A stretch of DNA of 64,000 bases from an uncultured Alphaproteobacteria bacterium (GTDB taxonomy: Bacteria > Pseudomonadota > Alphaproteobacteria > Rs-D84): positions 22,633 to 86,632 of the forward strand of contig CALXML010000002.1 in assembly GCA_944389465.1 (NCBI GenBank), given 5' to 3'. The position numbers and the translations under genes were made by a program. Positions 26,883 to 36,614 of this stretch are shown one piece after another. Each line of letters opens with the position of its first letter. The stretch's first letter is position 1. The notes beneath the pieces were generated by a model. The model had not been told where the DNA came from, did not search any database, and saw nothing but the letters and a program-made list of their open reading frames with translations.

Positions 26883-27371
26883 ATGAAAAAACATCTGATA
26901 CTGTTATTATTATTGTCTGCGTGTGGTTTTCAGCCCATGTATACTGAACGTGATACGGATATATACGTATCGCCAATCAGTGGTATTAACGGCATTGAAA
27001 TGCGCAACGGATTAAATGCGAAATTTGGTGGCGTTCATGATGCTGATGCGAAATATACCTTGACGGTTAACTTAAAATCCCCAGTTACTAAATACAAGGG
27101 ATTGGAATCAACCGGTGATGCCACATGGCAGGAAGTTATTTTAACCGCAAGTTATAAATTATTTGCAGATGGCAAACAAATTGCCAAGGGCACAGAAAGT
27201 GCATCTGAATCATATACTTTTGTGCGTTATCTGGTTGCGGCAAACGCGTCATATAATAATGCTGTACAAAACACGATACAGGTTTTAACCGATAAAATCG
27301 GTACGCGTGTAATCACAGAAACATATAAATATGAACAAAATAATTCTGACAGTGACGCAGATAAAAAATAA
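26883..27371 (+). CDS. lptE: LPS-assembly lipoprotein LptE
   Basis: Lipobox LLLSACGFQPMY (the ACGF.P.Y start is typical of LptE) and conserved position immediately upstream of holA. Confidence 0.75.
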   Translation: MKKHLILLLLLSACGFQPMYTERDTDIYVSPISGINGIEMRNGLNAKFGGVHDADAKYTLTVNLKSPVTKYKGLESTGDATWQEVILTASYKLFADGKQIAKGTESASESYTFVRYLVAANASYNNAVQNTIQVLTDKIGTRVITETYKYEQNNSDSDADKK

Positions 27372-28360
27372 TGAAATGGAAAGAAACAGATTTTAACAGC
27401 GGAATTGACACTGTTCGCGCGGTTTTAATATATGGCCCTGATGCCGGTCAGGCGGATGAATTTTGTGACAGGGCAATTGAACGCCTGCAGATAGAAAAAG
27501 ATAACTTGTTTTCATTGGATTCAAACGAACTGCGCGAAAAACAGGATGCACTGTTCGCGGAAAGTTGCAGTCCATCAATGTTTGGTGGCCGCAAAATGGT
27601 TATCATATCAAATGCCGGCGACAGTGATGCGGCATTGATTACGGATTTGGTAACACATTCTGGGTTATGCGCAACGGTTATTGTGACGGCGGGCGATTTG
27701 CGTTCTGGGGGCGGGTTGCGTAATTTTTTTGAATCCGGCAATGATGTCGCGGCGTTGGCGTGCTATACCGACGATGCAAAAACTTTGGCAGCGTTAATCA
27801 GACGCGAATTATCCGCAGATGCGGGTATTCAGCAAATAACCCCCGATGCCATGGCATATATGACCGCACATTTGGGCGGCGACCGTGGAATAACACGTGG
27901 TTTTCTGGCAAAGATAGCATTATATGTTGACGATAAAAAAACAGTTGAATTGGATGACGTTGAAAAATGTTTGCCTGATACGGGGGCGGCCAATATTGAT
28001 GATTATTTATATTCATTGACCGCGGGTTATATTCCGCAAACCATGACCGCATTGGACCGGTTGTTGTATGATAATGTTGATGCAAATATGCTGGTTCGTA
28101 TGTTAAACATTCATTTCAAACGCCTGCTGGTTGCGGTGGTGGATGGTCAATTACCCCGCCTGTTTTGGAAGGTTGTGGATAAATTTAATCAGGCTGTAAA
28201 AATATGGTCTGAAAATGAAATTATATCTGTGTTACAGCGTTTAAATGAACTGGAACAACAAATAAGAACAACTGGTATGCCAGCGGAAATATTATTGCGT
28301 GATTTTTCATTAAAATTGGCAATGCGTGCCGCCAGAATGGCATTAAAACGAAGGAAATAA
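27371..28360 (+). CDS. holA: DNA polymerase III subunit delta
   Basis: TAATG overlap with lptE. ..VLIYGPDAGQADEF.. N-terminus, 329 aa, lptE-holA synteny. Confidence 0.8.
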   Translation: MKWKETDFNSGIDTVRAVLIYGPDAGQADEFCDRAIERLQIEKDNLFSLDSNELREKQDALFAESCSPSMFGGRKMVIISNAGDSDAALITDLVTHSGLCATVIVTAGDLRSGGGLRNFFESGNDVAALACYTDDAKTLAALIRRELSADAGIQQITPDAMAYMTAHLGGDRGITRGFLAKIALYVDDKKTVELDDVEKCLPDTGAANIDDYLYSLTAGYIPQTMTALDRLLYDNVDANMLVRMLNIHFKRLLVAVVDGQLPRLFWKVVDKFNQAVKIWSENEIISVLQRLNELEQQIRTTGMPAEILLRDFSLKLAMRAARMALKRRK

Positions 28361-28361
28361 A

Positions 28362-29123
28362 ATGTTAGCATCTGTTTACGCGCCCAAGGATTTCAAACGT
28401 CTGCGTGTTGTTGGTGATTTAGTTGCGCGTTGTTTTGATTATATTACCCCACACATCCGTGCCGGTATTTCCACCGGTGAAATAGACAGAATGGTTGCGG
28501 AATTTCTGCACGCCAATGGTGCACGTTCGTCTGATTTGGGGTATCAGGGGTATCCTAAAAGTATATGCACATCTGTAAATGATGTGATTGTGCATGGCAT
28601 CCCCAGTGATGATGTTATATTAAAGGACGGCGATATAGTAAATGTTGATTTAACCGCTGAATACAAGGGTTTTCATGGCGACGCATCGCGTATGTTTATG
28701 ATTGGTAATGTTGCGCCGCGTGCGCGCGAATTGGTACAAACGTGCCAAGATGCACTGAACGCTGCAATCGCGGTGTGTGGCCCAAATGTTCCACTGTCGG
28801 AAATTGGCAAAACCATAGAGGCAGTTGTTAAACCGCACGGCTTTTCAATTTCGCGTGACTTTGTTGGTCATGGCATTGGCAAGGTTATGCACGATGACCC
28901 ACAAATTTTCCATTTTTATGACAAAATGTGGGACAGGGTGAAAATGGTCCCCGGATTGGTGTTTACAATTGAACCAATGATAAATACCGGTCGGCCGGAA
29001 TGCAAAATTGATGCAGATGGTTGGACCGCACGCACGGTTGATGGCGGATTATCTGCGCAATGGGAACATACATTGGGCATTACCGAAGATGGGGTAATAA
29101 TATTTACTGAAAAAATGGTATAG
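28362..29123 (+). CDS. map: type I methionine aminopeptidase
   Basis: VHGIPSD, DIVNVDLTAEYKGFHGDASRMF, HGIGKVMHDDP, FTIEPMIN and EHT metal-ligand motifs. Confidence 0.95.
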   Translation: MLASVYAPKDFKRLRVVGDLVARCFDYITPHIRAGISTGEIDRMVAEFLHANGARSSDLGYQGYPKSICTSVNDVIVHGIPSDDVILKDGDIVNVDLTAEYKGFHGDASRMFMIGNVAPRARELVQTCQDALNAAIAVCGPNVPLSEIGKTIEAVVKPHGFSISRDFVGHGIGKVMHDDPQIFHFYDKMWDRVKMVPGLVFTIEPMINTGRPECKIDADGWTARTVDGGLSAQWEHTLGITEDGVIIFTEKMV

Positions 29124-29129
29124 GGCCAC

Positions 29130-29822
29130 GTGAAAACAGACGGCAAAGATTTAAATTTTCATAATGGGCATCGTGAACGCCTGCGCCAGAAGTTTTTGGA
29201 TGACAAACTGGCGGATTATGAATTGCTGGAATTACTGTTAAGTTTTGTAATTCCGCGTCGGGACGTGCGCCCATTGGCCCGCGGATTAATGCAGCAATTT
29301 GGCGGATTGTATTCAATATTGACCGCACCAATTGACAGATTAACTGAATACACAGGAATTGGCCGTAATACTGCAATATTTATCAAGGCCGTTCATAAAA
29401 TTATGACCGCTGGATATAAATCTGAACTGGACGGCGGAAATACAAAGGTATTTCATAACGATAAAATTCTGATAAATTATTGTACTTTATCCATGATGGG
29501 CAAGGATAAAGAGGAAATTCACGTTCTGTATCTGGATTCTGACCGGCGTTTATTGGCGGATGACCTGCACAGTGTTGGAACTGTTGATTGGGTTGCAGTT
29601 TATCCGCGTGAAATATTAAAACGTGCGCTGGGGCTGAATGCAAAATCTATTGTTTTGTTGCATAATCACCCAACACCAAACACGACATTTTCAACCGATG
29701 ATATTGAATTAACCCAACAGGTTGCCGCATTATTGGCAAACGTGGGCATAGAAGTTCTGGACCATTACGTTGTGTCCGGTGGCATAGTATATTCTGCGCG
29801 TAATATGTTTTTATTAAAATAA
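29130..29822 (+). CDS. radC: RadC/JAB-domain protein
   Basis: GHRERLRQKF N-terminus, HhH region, LLHNHPTPNTTFSTDDIELT (HNHP JAMM-like motif). GTG start. Confidence 0.88.
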   Translation: MKTDGKDLNFHNGHRERLRQKFLDDKLADYELLELLLSFVIPRRDVRPLARGLMQQFGGLYSILTAPIDRLTEYTGIGRNTAIFIKAVHKIMTAGYKSELDGGNTKVFHNDKILINYCTLSMMGKDKEEIHVLYLDSDRRLLADDLHSVGTVDWVAVYPREILKRALGLNAKSIVLLHNHPTPNTTFSTDDIELTQQVAALLANVGIEVLDHYVVSGGIVYSARNMFLLK

Positions 29823-30455
29823 ATCTGTTACATCACAAACTGTTTTTAACTGCGTTTTTTCATGTGCGCTTAATTCATTATTGTTAATGGTATACATCGT
29901 ACGATATGCCATTGTTGGCGTATCCCAAGAAGTATCCCAATCACGGGATATTTTTATAACCTTAAATTCAGGCTGAAAAACGAATTGTAATTTTTGCAGT
30001 GCGCATTCTGCGCCCTCGGTCGTGCGGAATCCGTCTGGGGTTATATCAACAAACTGGCCGTTTTGGTTCAGTTCAATTTTATATTGGTAAAAAAAGTGTG
30101 ATGTACCGTTTTCATTTCGTGTGCGTGTAATTCTGTCACGACGACCGTCATTGTTTATATCAATGTCAAAAATATCACGTTCTGCAACGCCCGCGCCAAA
30201 TTCGTCCAATTGATATTGTTGGGAAAAATCAGGATTTGTTAATCCGTCTGAAAATTCAGCAGGATTCTTAATCATTTGCTGAACAGAATTTTGTTTATCG
30301 GCCAGTTCCATATTTGGCGATTGCACACCGGCAGACCGCTGAAGTTTAGGCATTTTGCCGCCCGCCAAAATATAAATCAGCACAGCGATTATTATAAACA
30401 TAATAATCAGTAATATATTTAACAAAACATTGCCAGATTGCTGTTTTATTTGCAT
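29814..30455 (-). CDS. hypothetical membrane-anchored protein
   Basis: TM helix LLNILLIIMFIIIAVLIYILAGG and a DIDINNDGRRD Ca-binding/FG-GAP-like motif. Last gene of the ftsZ-fragment operon. Confidence 0.45.
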   Translation of the reverse strand: MQIKQQSGNVLLNILLIIMFIIIAVLIYILAGGKMPKLQRSAGVQSPNMELADKQNSVQQMIKNPAEFSDGLTNPDFSQQYQLDEFGAGVAERDIFDIDINNDGRRDRITRTRNENGTSHFFYQYKIELNQNGQFVDITPDGFRTTEGAECALQKLQFVFQPEFKVIKISRDWDTSWDTPTMAYRTMYTINNNELSAHEKTQLKTVCDVTDLF

Positions 30456-30470
30456 GATTGACCCCGTTTA

Positions 30471-31532
30471 TTAATTTTCAACTATGCGGCCCGCCTGCCA
30501 GCCCTCTATTGTGCGTATGGCAGATGTAACCCGCGCCAATTCAGATTCATTTAAATCACTCATTCTGCGGTTAATGGATAAACCTGTTAATTCCTGTAAA
30601 CGTCTGTGATATGCGGCAGTATCGTTTTCAACCGGTGGTGCATATCTGCTGATTGCGCCGGCAATGGTTAAATTATTATAACTGTCGCTGCGTAACAGTT
30701 TTCCAATTGCACGCATACCGGTTTCTTCATCTGGGAATACCGCAAATCCGCCGGCCTGACCAATTGCACCGGCATTACGTGAAAATTCAGAATATCTGAT
30801 GTTGCCCGGATTATTGTTGCGCCACGCACGTGTGCCGCCTGTTTTTCTGTATTGTGTGCCATCAGCATTGGTGTATACAACGTCTTTGGACATTTCATGC
30901 GCACGTGATGGACGGGCGCGGGTATTTCTGGTGACGCGTTCACGTTGATTGTTATCGTTATATTCACGATTAATTGTATTTTCGGTATTTACATCACGGC
31001 GAATGGTATTCTGGTTTGGTGAAACACTGACCGATTCCAAATCAGGCACATCCCCCGCCGCCATTAATGGCGCATCTGCATATGGTGTGGTGGCTGTTAC
31101 ACCCGTATCATATATACCCCAGTTTTCATATAAATTAAATTCATCATATTCAGATAATTTTGAATTACGCACGGCCAGTATTTCGTTTAATTCAGATATG
31201 GATACCCCAATTGTCCTGCATCCGCGTGCAAATAAATCATCACCCCAAATAAGGTTTACTGCTGGAATTACTGCAGACACAGTGCCCAAAATAATTATCA
31301 AATTACGCAGATTATAAAAAATATCATTTTTTGCGCCACGAATCATAGATATTGCCCAACCAAACAATAACAGTCCAGTTATGCAAATTAAAACAATCCA
31401 CGCATACCCAATAAAAGTTTCAAAACTGCGCAGAATACACGACGGGTCTTCCATATATAAAACAGCCCCATCCGTCCCCAAAATATGGAAGCCAGAATTT
31501 TGTAACAATCTAATAATTGTATCTGTATTCAT
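30471..31532 (-). CDS. membrane protein with C-terminal WRNNNPGN domain (paralog of 33251-34000)
   Basis: Three N-terminal TM helices. The C-terminal ~135 aa (..GGTRAWRNNNPGNIRYSEF..GFAVFPDEETGMRAI..YAPPVENDT..) is roughly 60% identical by eye to the C-terminus of the 249-aa protein. Confidence 0.55.
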   Translation of the reverse strand: MNTDTIIRLLQNSGFHILGTDGAVLYMEDPSCILRSFETFIGYAWIVLICITGLLLFGWAISMIRGAKNDIFYNLRNLIIILGTVSAVIPAVNLIWGDDLFARGCRTIGVSISELNEILAVRNSKLSEYDEFNLYENWGIYDTGVTATTPYADAPLMAAGDVPDLESVSVSPNQNTIRRDVNTENTINREYNDNNQRERVTRNTRARPSRAHEMSKDVVYTNADGTQYRKTGGTRAWRNNNPGNIRYSEFSRNAGAIGQAGGFAVFPDEETGMRAIGKLLRSDSYNNLTIAGAISRYAPPVENDTAAYHRRLQELTGLSINRRMSDLNESELARVTSAIRTIEGWQAGRIVEN

Positions 31533-31549
31533 CAGGGGTCATATTGCGC

Positions 31550-32659
31550 CTATTTTTTAGATGCAGCCTTGGTAAAAAATCCGGGGATTGCAAAATCATC
31601 ATCGTTTGCGGCAATTCCCGCCCAACCGAATAAATCGCCCATCAGTCCGGAATCATCGCGTTTGGCCTTTTTAAATGGTAAAATATTTTTCAGTTTACCA
31701 ATTTTGCTGTGTGATTCTGTTTTTTGTGGGGATGGAATTTTATCTTGGTTTTCTGCAAATTCTGCGGCCAATTGTTCCAGTGTCGCATCCGTGGCATCAG
31801 ATTCAGCACTTGGCATATCGTCCATATTCCATTCTGTATCAGTCGCGTCCGCGTCTGGTGTAATTGGTTCTTCGGCAATATCTTCGCGCAGGGGTGTCAT
31901 ACTTTCCAATAATTGTTCCAGTGTTTTTTCAACTGGGGCATCGGGTGCGTCATCGGTAATCATATCTGCAATGGCGTCATTATGTTCATCCATATCGCCA
32001 TTTGCATTAAATTCAGCGTCAATATCAATGTCCGCCACATTAACCTGTGTTACAACACTGGCAACGGGTTCATCAATAACAGACGCATCCACCGCTGCGT
32101 TGTTTTCCTGTGCTGTGCCATCCGCCGGTTGTTCTGTGGCGACAGCGTCAACAGAATGCTCTTTCTTTGCCAATACGGATAATATAGGAATTATTTTGTC
32201 ACTATTTTCATTGTTGTTTTCAACATCTTGTGATAATTCAGCGGCGGCGGGTGTTTCTGTGGCGACGGCGACTTTCTTGGATGTGGCCTTGGTCCGGCGT
32301 GATTTGCGTACAGGTTTTTCATCTGTAATCGCAATTTCTTCTGTTGCTGTGTTTAATGTGCCGTCTGTATCAGATATATCTTTATCCAACACCACCGGCG
32401 CGACATTTTCATTTATTGCATTATCAGATTCTGTAACCGGTTCCGCAACAGATTCAGTAACGTTTTCAATAATTGTTGAATCCTGAACCCCGATGTTTGT
32501 ATCAGCATTCCCCAATGCATCATCATTATCAACCGGCACGCCGAACATTACGGTATCTGTACCCAAACCCAATGTTGCGCGAACCTCTTCAAAAGCGGCA
32601 CGAATGTCGGCCATATTAAATACTTCATTACCTGAAATGTAAATGATTTTAGTCTTCAT
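31550..32659 (-). CDS. FtsZ C-terminal fragment-like protein (end of the globular domain, acidic linker and C-terminal peptide; no GTPase domain)
   Basis: GGGGGA SD before ATG 32659. KIIYISGNEVFNMADIRAAFEEVRATLGLGTDTVMFGVPVD resembles FtsZ ..VLVNITGG.DL.L.E..EA...I......DAN.IFG...D. About 300 aa of acidic linker. Ends with DDDFAIPGFFTK, compared with the FtsZ DIPAFLRK. Confidence 0.55.
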   Translation of the reverse strand: MKTKIIYISGNEVFNMADIRAAFEEVRATLGLGTDTVMFGVPVDNDDALGNADTNIGVQDSTIIENVTESVAEPVTESDNAINENVAPVVLDKDISDTDGTLNTATEEIAITDEKPVRKSRRTKATSKKVAVATETPAAAELSQDVENNNENSDKIIPILSVLAKKEHSVDAVATEQPADGTAQENNAAVDASVIDEPVASVVTQVNVADIDIDAEFNANGDMDEHNDAIADMITDDAPDAPVEKTLEQLLESMTPLREDIAEEPITPDADATDTEWNMDDMPSAESDATDATLEQLAAEFAENQDKIPSPQKTESHSKIGKLKNILPFKKAKRDDSGLMGDLFGWAGIAANDDDFAIPGFFTKAASKK

Positions 32660-32741
32660 TGAAACAAATCCCCCGCTAGATAAGAATACTATATCACATT
32701 TTGGTGTTGAACGCATTTAAAAAATATCTTAAACTGAAAAT

Positions 32742-32951
32742 ATGTCTGATATAAAGCAACAGATTTTTCAAGAATTATCCGCACTGGAAGAATCCGCCGC
32801 AAAATTGCGGTCTGTTTCGGTAAATGCGGGTCGTCAAACTGATTTAGAGGTTGCCATTTTAACCGAACAGGTTAAAAGTCTGCGTGAAAAAAATGCCCGC
32901 GCCACCGATATGCTGGATAAAACCATATCAATATTAAAGAAGTTAAAATGA
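32742..32951 (+). CDS. small coiled-coil protein upstream of zapA (ZauP/DUF4164-like)
   Basis: 69-aa all-helical protein overlapping the zapA start (ATGA). This position matches the alphaproteobacterial zauP-zapA pair. Confidence 0.55.
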   Translation: MSDIKQQIFQELSALEESAAKLRSVSVNAGRQTDLEVAILTEQVKSLREKNARATDMLDKTISILKKLK

Positions 32952-33223
32952 GTGTAGTTTCAATACCAATTGTAAACAAAAATTACCCCATGGGGTGCGA
33001 GGATGGACAGGAATCCCGCCTGATAGAATTGGGAAAAATGGTTGATGCCCGCGCACGCGAAATATTGGATAAAATAGGACCTTTGCCGGAATGTGCGTTA
33101 TTGGCCACATTATGCATTGTCCTTGCGGACGAGGTTCACAATCGTCCCACCCCAACGGTAACGGACGCTGATTTGCGTGAAATATTGGCACGTATTCGTG
33201 AAATCAAGAACAAGTTAAATTAA
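32948..33223 (+). CDS. zapA: cell division protein ZapA
   Basis: VSIPIVNKNYPMGCEDGQESRLIELGKMVDARAREI...ALLATLCIVLADEV follows the ZapA pattern (v.i.gr.Y.l.Cedgee..l..la..vd...). Confidence 0.75.
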   Translation: MSVVSIPIVNKNYPMGCEDGQESRLIELGKMVDARAREILDKIGPLPECALLATLCIVLADEVHNRPTPTVTDADLREILARIREIKNKLN

Positions 33224-33250
33224 AAAAACGCGCCTGTGCGCGTTTTTGTT
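33222..33250. terminator. bidirectional intrinsic terminator
   Basis: AAAAAAACGCGCCTGTGCGCGTTTTT. Confidence 0.8.
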
Positions 33251-34000
33251 TTATATTGTATGTTCAAATGATTTATACAATATACCATTTTTAACGGCCG
33301 TATATCGGTTCAGGCTGTCCTGTACAGGGACTTGCTGCGATAATACATTGGTTTGTATTTGTGTTTCTTTGCCGATACGCCACCCTTCTATGATTTTGAT
33401 TGCGGCCGCGACGCGTGATATTTGTTCATCGGTCAAATCGCGCAATTTTGTGGTTATTTGTAATCCGGTTAAACGGCGCAGGGTGGCCTTGTAATTTTCA
33501 GTATTATTTTCGTGGGGTGGGGCGTATTTGAATATTGCCTGTGATATGGTCAGATTTCTGTATCCATCTGATTTTAACAGTGCGCAAATTGCCCGCATAC
33601 CTGTTTGCTCATCAGGGAATACGGCAAAACCGCCGGCTTTGCCAATTGCACCATTTGCAGCGGTAAATTCAGAATACCGCAAACACCCCGGATTATTGTT
33701 GCGCCATGCGCGTGTTCCACCACTGCGACGGAATTGATTTCCATCTGCGCGTGTATATACAACGTCATACCTGTGGGCAACTGCATTTATGGCGATTGCT
33801 GGTAAAATCATTTCAGCCTTGGCAACATATGTGTGTGCTGTATCAGGGGTTTTGGAAATAACTGTTTCTGACACTATTTTTGAATTGCTGCTATTTGGGC
33901 CATCTTCGTTGTTTTCGTTTGTTCCAAAAGACATATTGCCCGTACCGAACAACATTGCCGCACTGGTCAGAAAGTACGGAAAAGTACGCTTTAAACTCAT
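33251..34000 (-). CDS. secreted protein with WRNNNPGN domain (paralog of 30471-31532)
   Basis: Signal-like N-terminus. C-terminal ..GGTRAWRNNNPGCLRYSEF..GFAVFPDEQTGMRAI..YAPPHENNT.. is shared with the 353-aa protein. Confidence 0.55.
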   Translation of the reverse strand: MSLKRTFPYFLTSAAMLFGTGNMSFGTNENNEDGPNSSNSKIVSETVISKTPDTAHTYVAKAEMILPAIAINAVAHRYDVVYTRADGNQFRRSGGTRAWRNNNPGCLRYSEFTAANGAIGKAGGFAVFPDEQTGMRAICALLKSDGYRNLTISQAIFKYAPPHENNTENYKATLRRLTGLQITTKLRDLTDEQISRVAAAIKIIEGWRIGKETQIQTNVLSQQVPVQDSLNRYTAVKNGILYKSFEHTI

Positions 34001-34337
34001 AATACCACCTCTTGCTTTGCAATCAAAATTGACACGCCGGTTGTACCGGATGTAATTTTATTTTCTTGTTTATGTTTTTGATTGGTTCGTCACAACAGCG
34101 TATCCATGCGACGTACATTCAGACATATTAAAAATCAATATGCCCCGACTTACCGTAATGGCAGCCCGCCCAAAACAGGGAACCAAAGTTTGTATATACA
34201 TATAATCTGAAAATTTTAAAATGCAAGTTAAAAAATAAAAAAAATTGAAAAATTTTCAGCAATGCGACAAAACATATTTTATAACGCATTTTTTTCTGTT
34301 GTTATTTTTTCACAAATGTTCTAATTTTACGATTGTT

Positions 34338-36569
34338 ATGAGCAAGGAAATTATTGAAAGAATAGATTCACAACAACTGTCAGACGCCCTGTCTGAACGG
34401 TATTTGTCATATGCGGTCAGTACCATTGTATCCCGTGCATTGCCGGATGTTCGCGATGGTCTGAAACCTGTGCATCGTCGTATTTTATATTCTATGTTAC
34501 GGCAAAAATTGTCGCCAAACGCTGCGTTTCGTAAATGTGCAACGGTTGTTGGGGATGTGCTGGGGCATTATCATCCGCATGGTGATTCATCTGTGTATGA
34601 TGCCATGGTTCGTCTGGCACAGGATTTTTCCGTGCGCTATCCATTAATAGATGGTCAGGGTAATTTTGGTAATATTGATGGTGACCCACAGGCGGCATAT
34701 CGTTACACAGAATCCAAAATGACAGATGCCGCCATGCTGATTATGGAGGGCATTGACGAAGACAGTGTTGATATGATGCCAAATTTTGACGGCACAACAA
34801 CTGAACCTGTTGTTATGCCGGGGGCATTTCCTAATTTGTTGGCAAACGGCGGTATGGGTATTGCGGTTGGTATGGCAACAAATATCCCAACCCACAACGT
34901 GGCCGAGGTTTGCGATGCCCTGACACTGGTTGTTGATAATCCTGACGCCACAACCGCGCAAATTATGAAGAAATTGGTTGGGCCTGATTTTCCAACGGGT
35001 GGCGTGCTGATTGATTCTTTTGATACAATTGTAAAAAATTATGATACGGGCCGTGGGGCGTTTCGTATTCGCGCTAAATGGGAAATTGAAAAACTGGAAC
35101 GTGGCGCGGAACAGGTTGTAATTACTGAAATTCCATATGGCATTATTAAATCTAAATTGGTTGAACAAATTGCAAATTTAATAGATGCAAAAAAATTACC
35201 ACTGGTGGATGATATTTCCGATGAATCCACAACCGATGTGCGCATTGTAATTACACCAAAATCGCGTAATGTACCGGCCGATAAAATGATGGCGCATTTG
35301 TTTGCAATGACGGATTTGGAATACAAATTCAATATGAATTTTAACGTCATTGATTCACGTGGTGTTCCACGTGTAATGGGTATTGGCGATGTTTTGCGTG
35401 AATTTATTGCCCACCAGAAAAATGTTTTAATCCGTCGTACAAATTGGCGTTTGGGTAATATCGCCCGCCGTTTGGAAATTTTGGGTGGTTTACTGATAGT
35501 ATACTTAAATCTGGACAGGGTAATTGAAATCATCCGGAACGAAGATGACCCAAAGGCCGTCTTAATCGCCGAATTTAATTTAACCGATATTCAGGTAGAG
35601 GCTATTTTAAACACCCGCCTGCGTTCATTGCGCAAATTAGAAGAAATGGAAATCCGGCGTGAAGATGCGGAATTATTGGCTGAACAGAAACAGTTAAATG
35701 AATTGTTGGCCAGTACTGATGCCCAAAATGAACAGTTAAAGGCTTGGTTTGCTGATATTAAAAAGCAATATGATAAAAAGACCACATTGGGACGTCGTCG
35801 CACACAATGGGTGCCCCAGACACAGGAAATTGTTGTCAATACGGATGAATTTATTGAAAAAGAACCATTAACAATTATTTTGTCCACGGCGGGATGGATT
35901 CGCGCGGCCAAAGGCACATTGGATTTAAATAATTTGGATTTAAAATTCAAAGAGGGCGACGAACTGCAATTTGCTTTTCATGCGCAATCAACCGATAAAA
36001 TTAATTTGTTTGCCAGTGGTGGTAAAATGTTCACTGTATCGGCGAATGATTTGCCGTCCGCGCGTGGGTTTGGTGAATCTGTACGTATGATGGTGGATAT
36101 CGGGGCCGATGAAAATATCGTTTCTGCATTTGTGTTGGATACAAATGCCAAATATTTGCTGGTTGGTCGTCATGGAACTGGATTTATCGTATCTGGTGAA
36201 AATTGTTTGGCACAAACCAGAACTGGTAAACAGGTTATGAATACAGATGACCGCAATCGTGCAATAATGTGCGTGCCGGTTACCGGTGATACGATTGCAA
36301 TGTCGGGTTCAAACGATAAATTGTTAATATTCCCAACATCTGAAATCCCAGAAATGACACGGGGCAAGGGCGTAATCCTGCAGAAATACAACGCGGAACG
36401 CACATATGTTCTGGATGTAATGTTCTTTAATTCTGCGGATGGATTTGGTTGGACAACGGGTCGTGGCACAACCAAGATGGACGATTGGACACCATGGGTT
36501 GGCCGCCGTGCATCACAGGGCCGTACCGTTCCCGTCGGATTCCCGCGCAGTGGAAAATTCGGGAAATAG
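34338..36569 (+). CDS. parC: DNA topoisomerase IV subunit A
   Basis: ..[33 protein letters not shown].. and [21 protein letters not shown]. 743 aa from the internal ATG 34338. No GyrA-box-like long C-terminal tail. Confidence 0.85.
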   Translation: MSKEIIERIDSQQLSDALSERYLSYAVSTIVSRALPDVRDGLKPVHRRILYSMLRQKLSPNAAFRKCATVVGDVLGHYHPHGDSSVYDAMVRLAQDFSVRYPLIDGQGNFGNIDGDPQAAYRYTESKMTDAAMLIMEGIDEDSVDMMPNFDGTTTEPVVMPGAFPNLLANGGMGIAVGMATNIPTHNVAEVCDALTLVVDNPDATTAQIMKKLVGPDFPTGGVLIDSFDTIVKNYDTGRGAFRIRAKWEIEKLERGAEQVVITEIPYGIIKSKLVEQIANLIDAKKLPLVDDISDESTTDVRIVITPKSRNVPADKMMAHLFAMTDLEYKFNMNFNVIDSRGVPRVMGIGDVLREFIAHQKNVLIRRTNWRLGNIARRLEILGGLLIVYLNLDRVIEIIRNEDDPKAVLIAEFNLTDIQVEAILNTRLRSLRKLEEMEIRREDAELLAEQKQLNELLASTDAQNEQLKAWFADIKKQYDKKTTLGRRRTQWVPQTQEIVVNTDEFIEKEPLTIILSTAGWIRAAKGTLDLNNLDLKFKEGDELQFAFHAQSTDKINLFASGGKMFTVSANDLPSARGFGESVRMMVDIGADENIVSAFVLDTNAKYLLVGRHGTGFIVSGENCLAQTRTGKQVMNTDDRNRAIMCVPVTGDTIAMSGSNDKLLIFPTSEIPEMTRGKGVILQKYNAERTYVLDVMFFNSADGFGWTTGRGTTKMDDWTPWVGRRASQGRTVPVGFPRSGKFGK

Positions 36570-36586
36570 TTGATATTTTTTGAAAC

Positions 36587-36613
36587 GAAAATGGGGCATT
36601 TGCCCCATTTTTT
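36587..36613. terminator. bidirectional intrinsic terminator
   Basis: AAAATGGGGCATTTGCCCCATTTTTT. Confidence 0.8.
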
Positions 36614-36614
36614 A

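Noticed and set aside
31569-32486. 305-aa plus-strand ORF (Ser/Ala-rich) and several 60-90-aa ORFs antisense to the acidic FtsZ-fragment gene
   Set aside because: These are shadow ORFs of a low-complexity GA(T/C)/GAA-rich coding region. They have no SD and extremely biased composition, and the minus-strand frame has the recognisable FtsZ-like ends.
33224-33250. 6S RNA (ssrS) downstream of zapA, as in many proteobacteria
   Set aside because: Only a 27-nt terminator separates zapA from the next gene, so there is no room for a ~180-nt RNA.
34001-34337. Possible fourth copy of the leader RNA upstream of the 249-aa gene (contains GTAAGTCGGGGCA)
   Set aside because: Only a strand-B-like GTCGGGG is present. 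There is no matching CCCCGAC strand, no TATACAA block and no terminator.
34245-34337. Upstream starts offered by the ORF track for parC (34245), the GT2-GT4 gene (38882), gap (48863), miaA (48787), priA (51114), the META lipoprotein (37692) and the OMP (1905)
   Set aside because: In each case the extension crosses a terminator, promoter or leader RNA, or adds non-homologous residues. An internal ATG with an SD coincides with the start of family homology or of the signal peptide.
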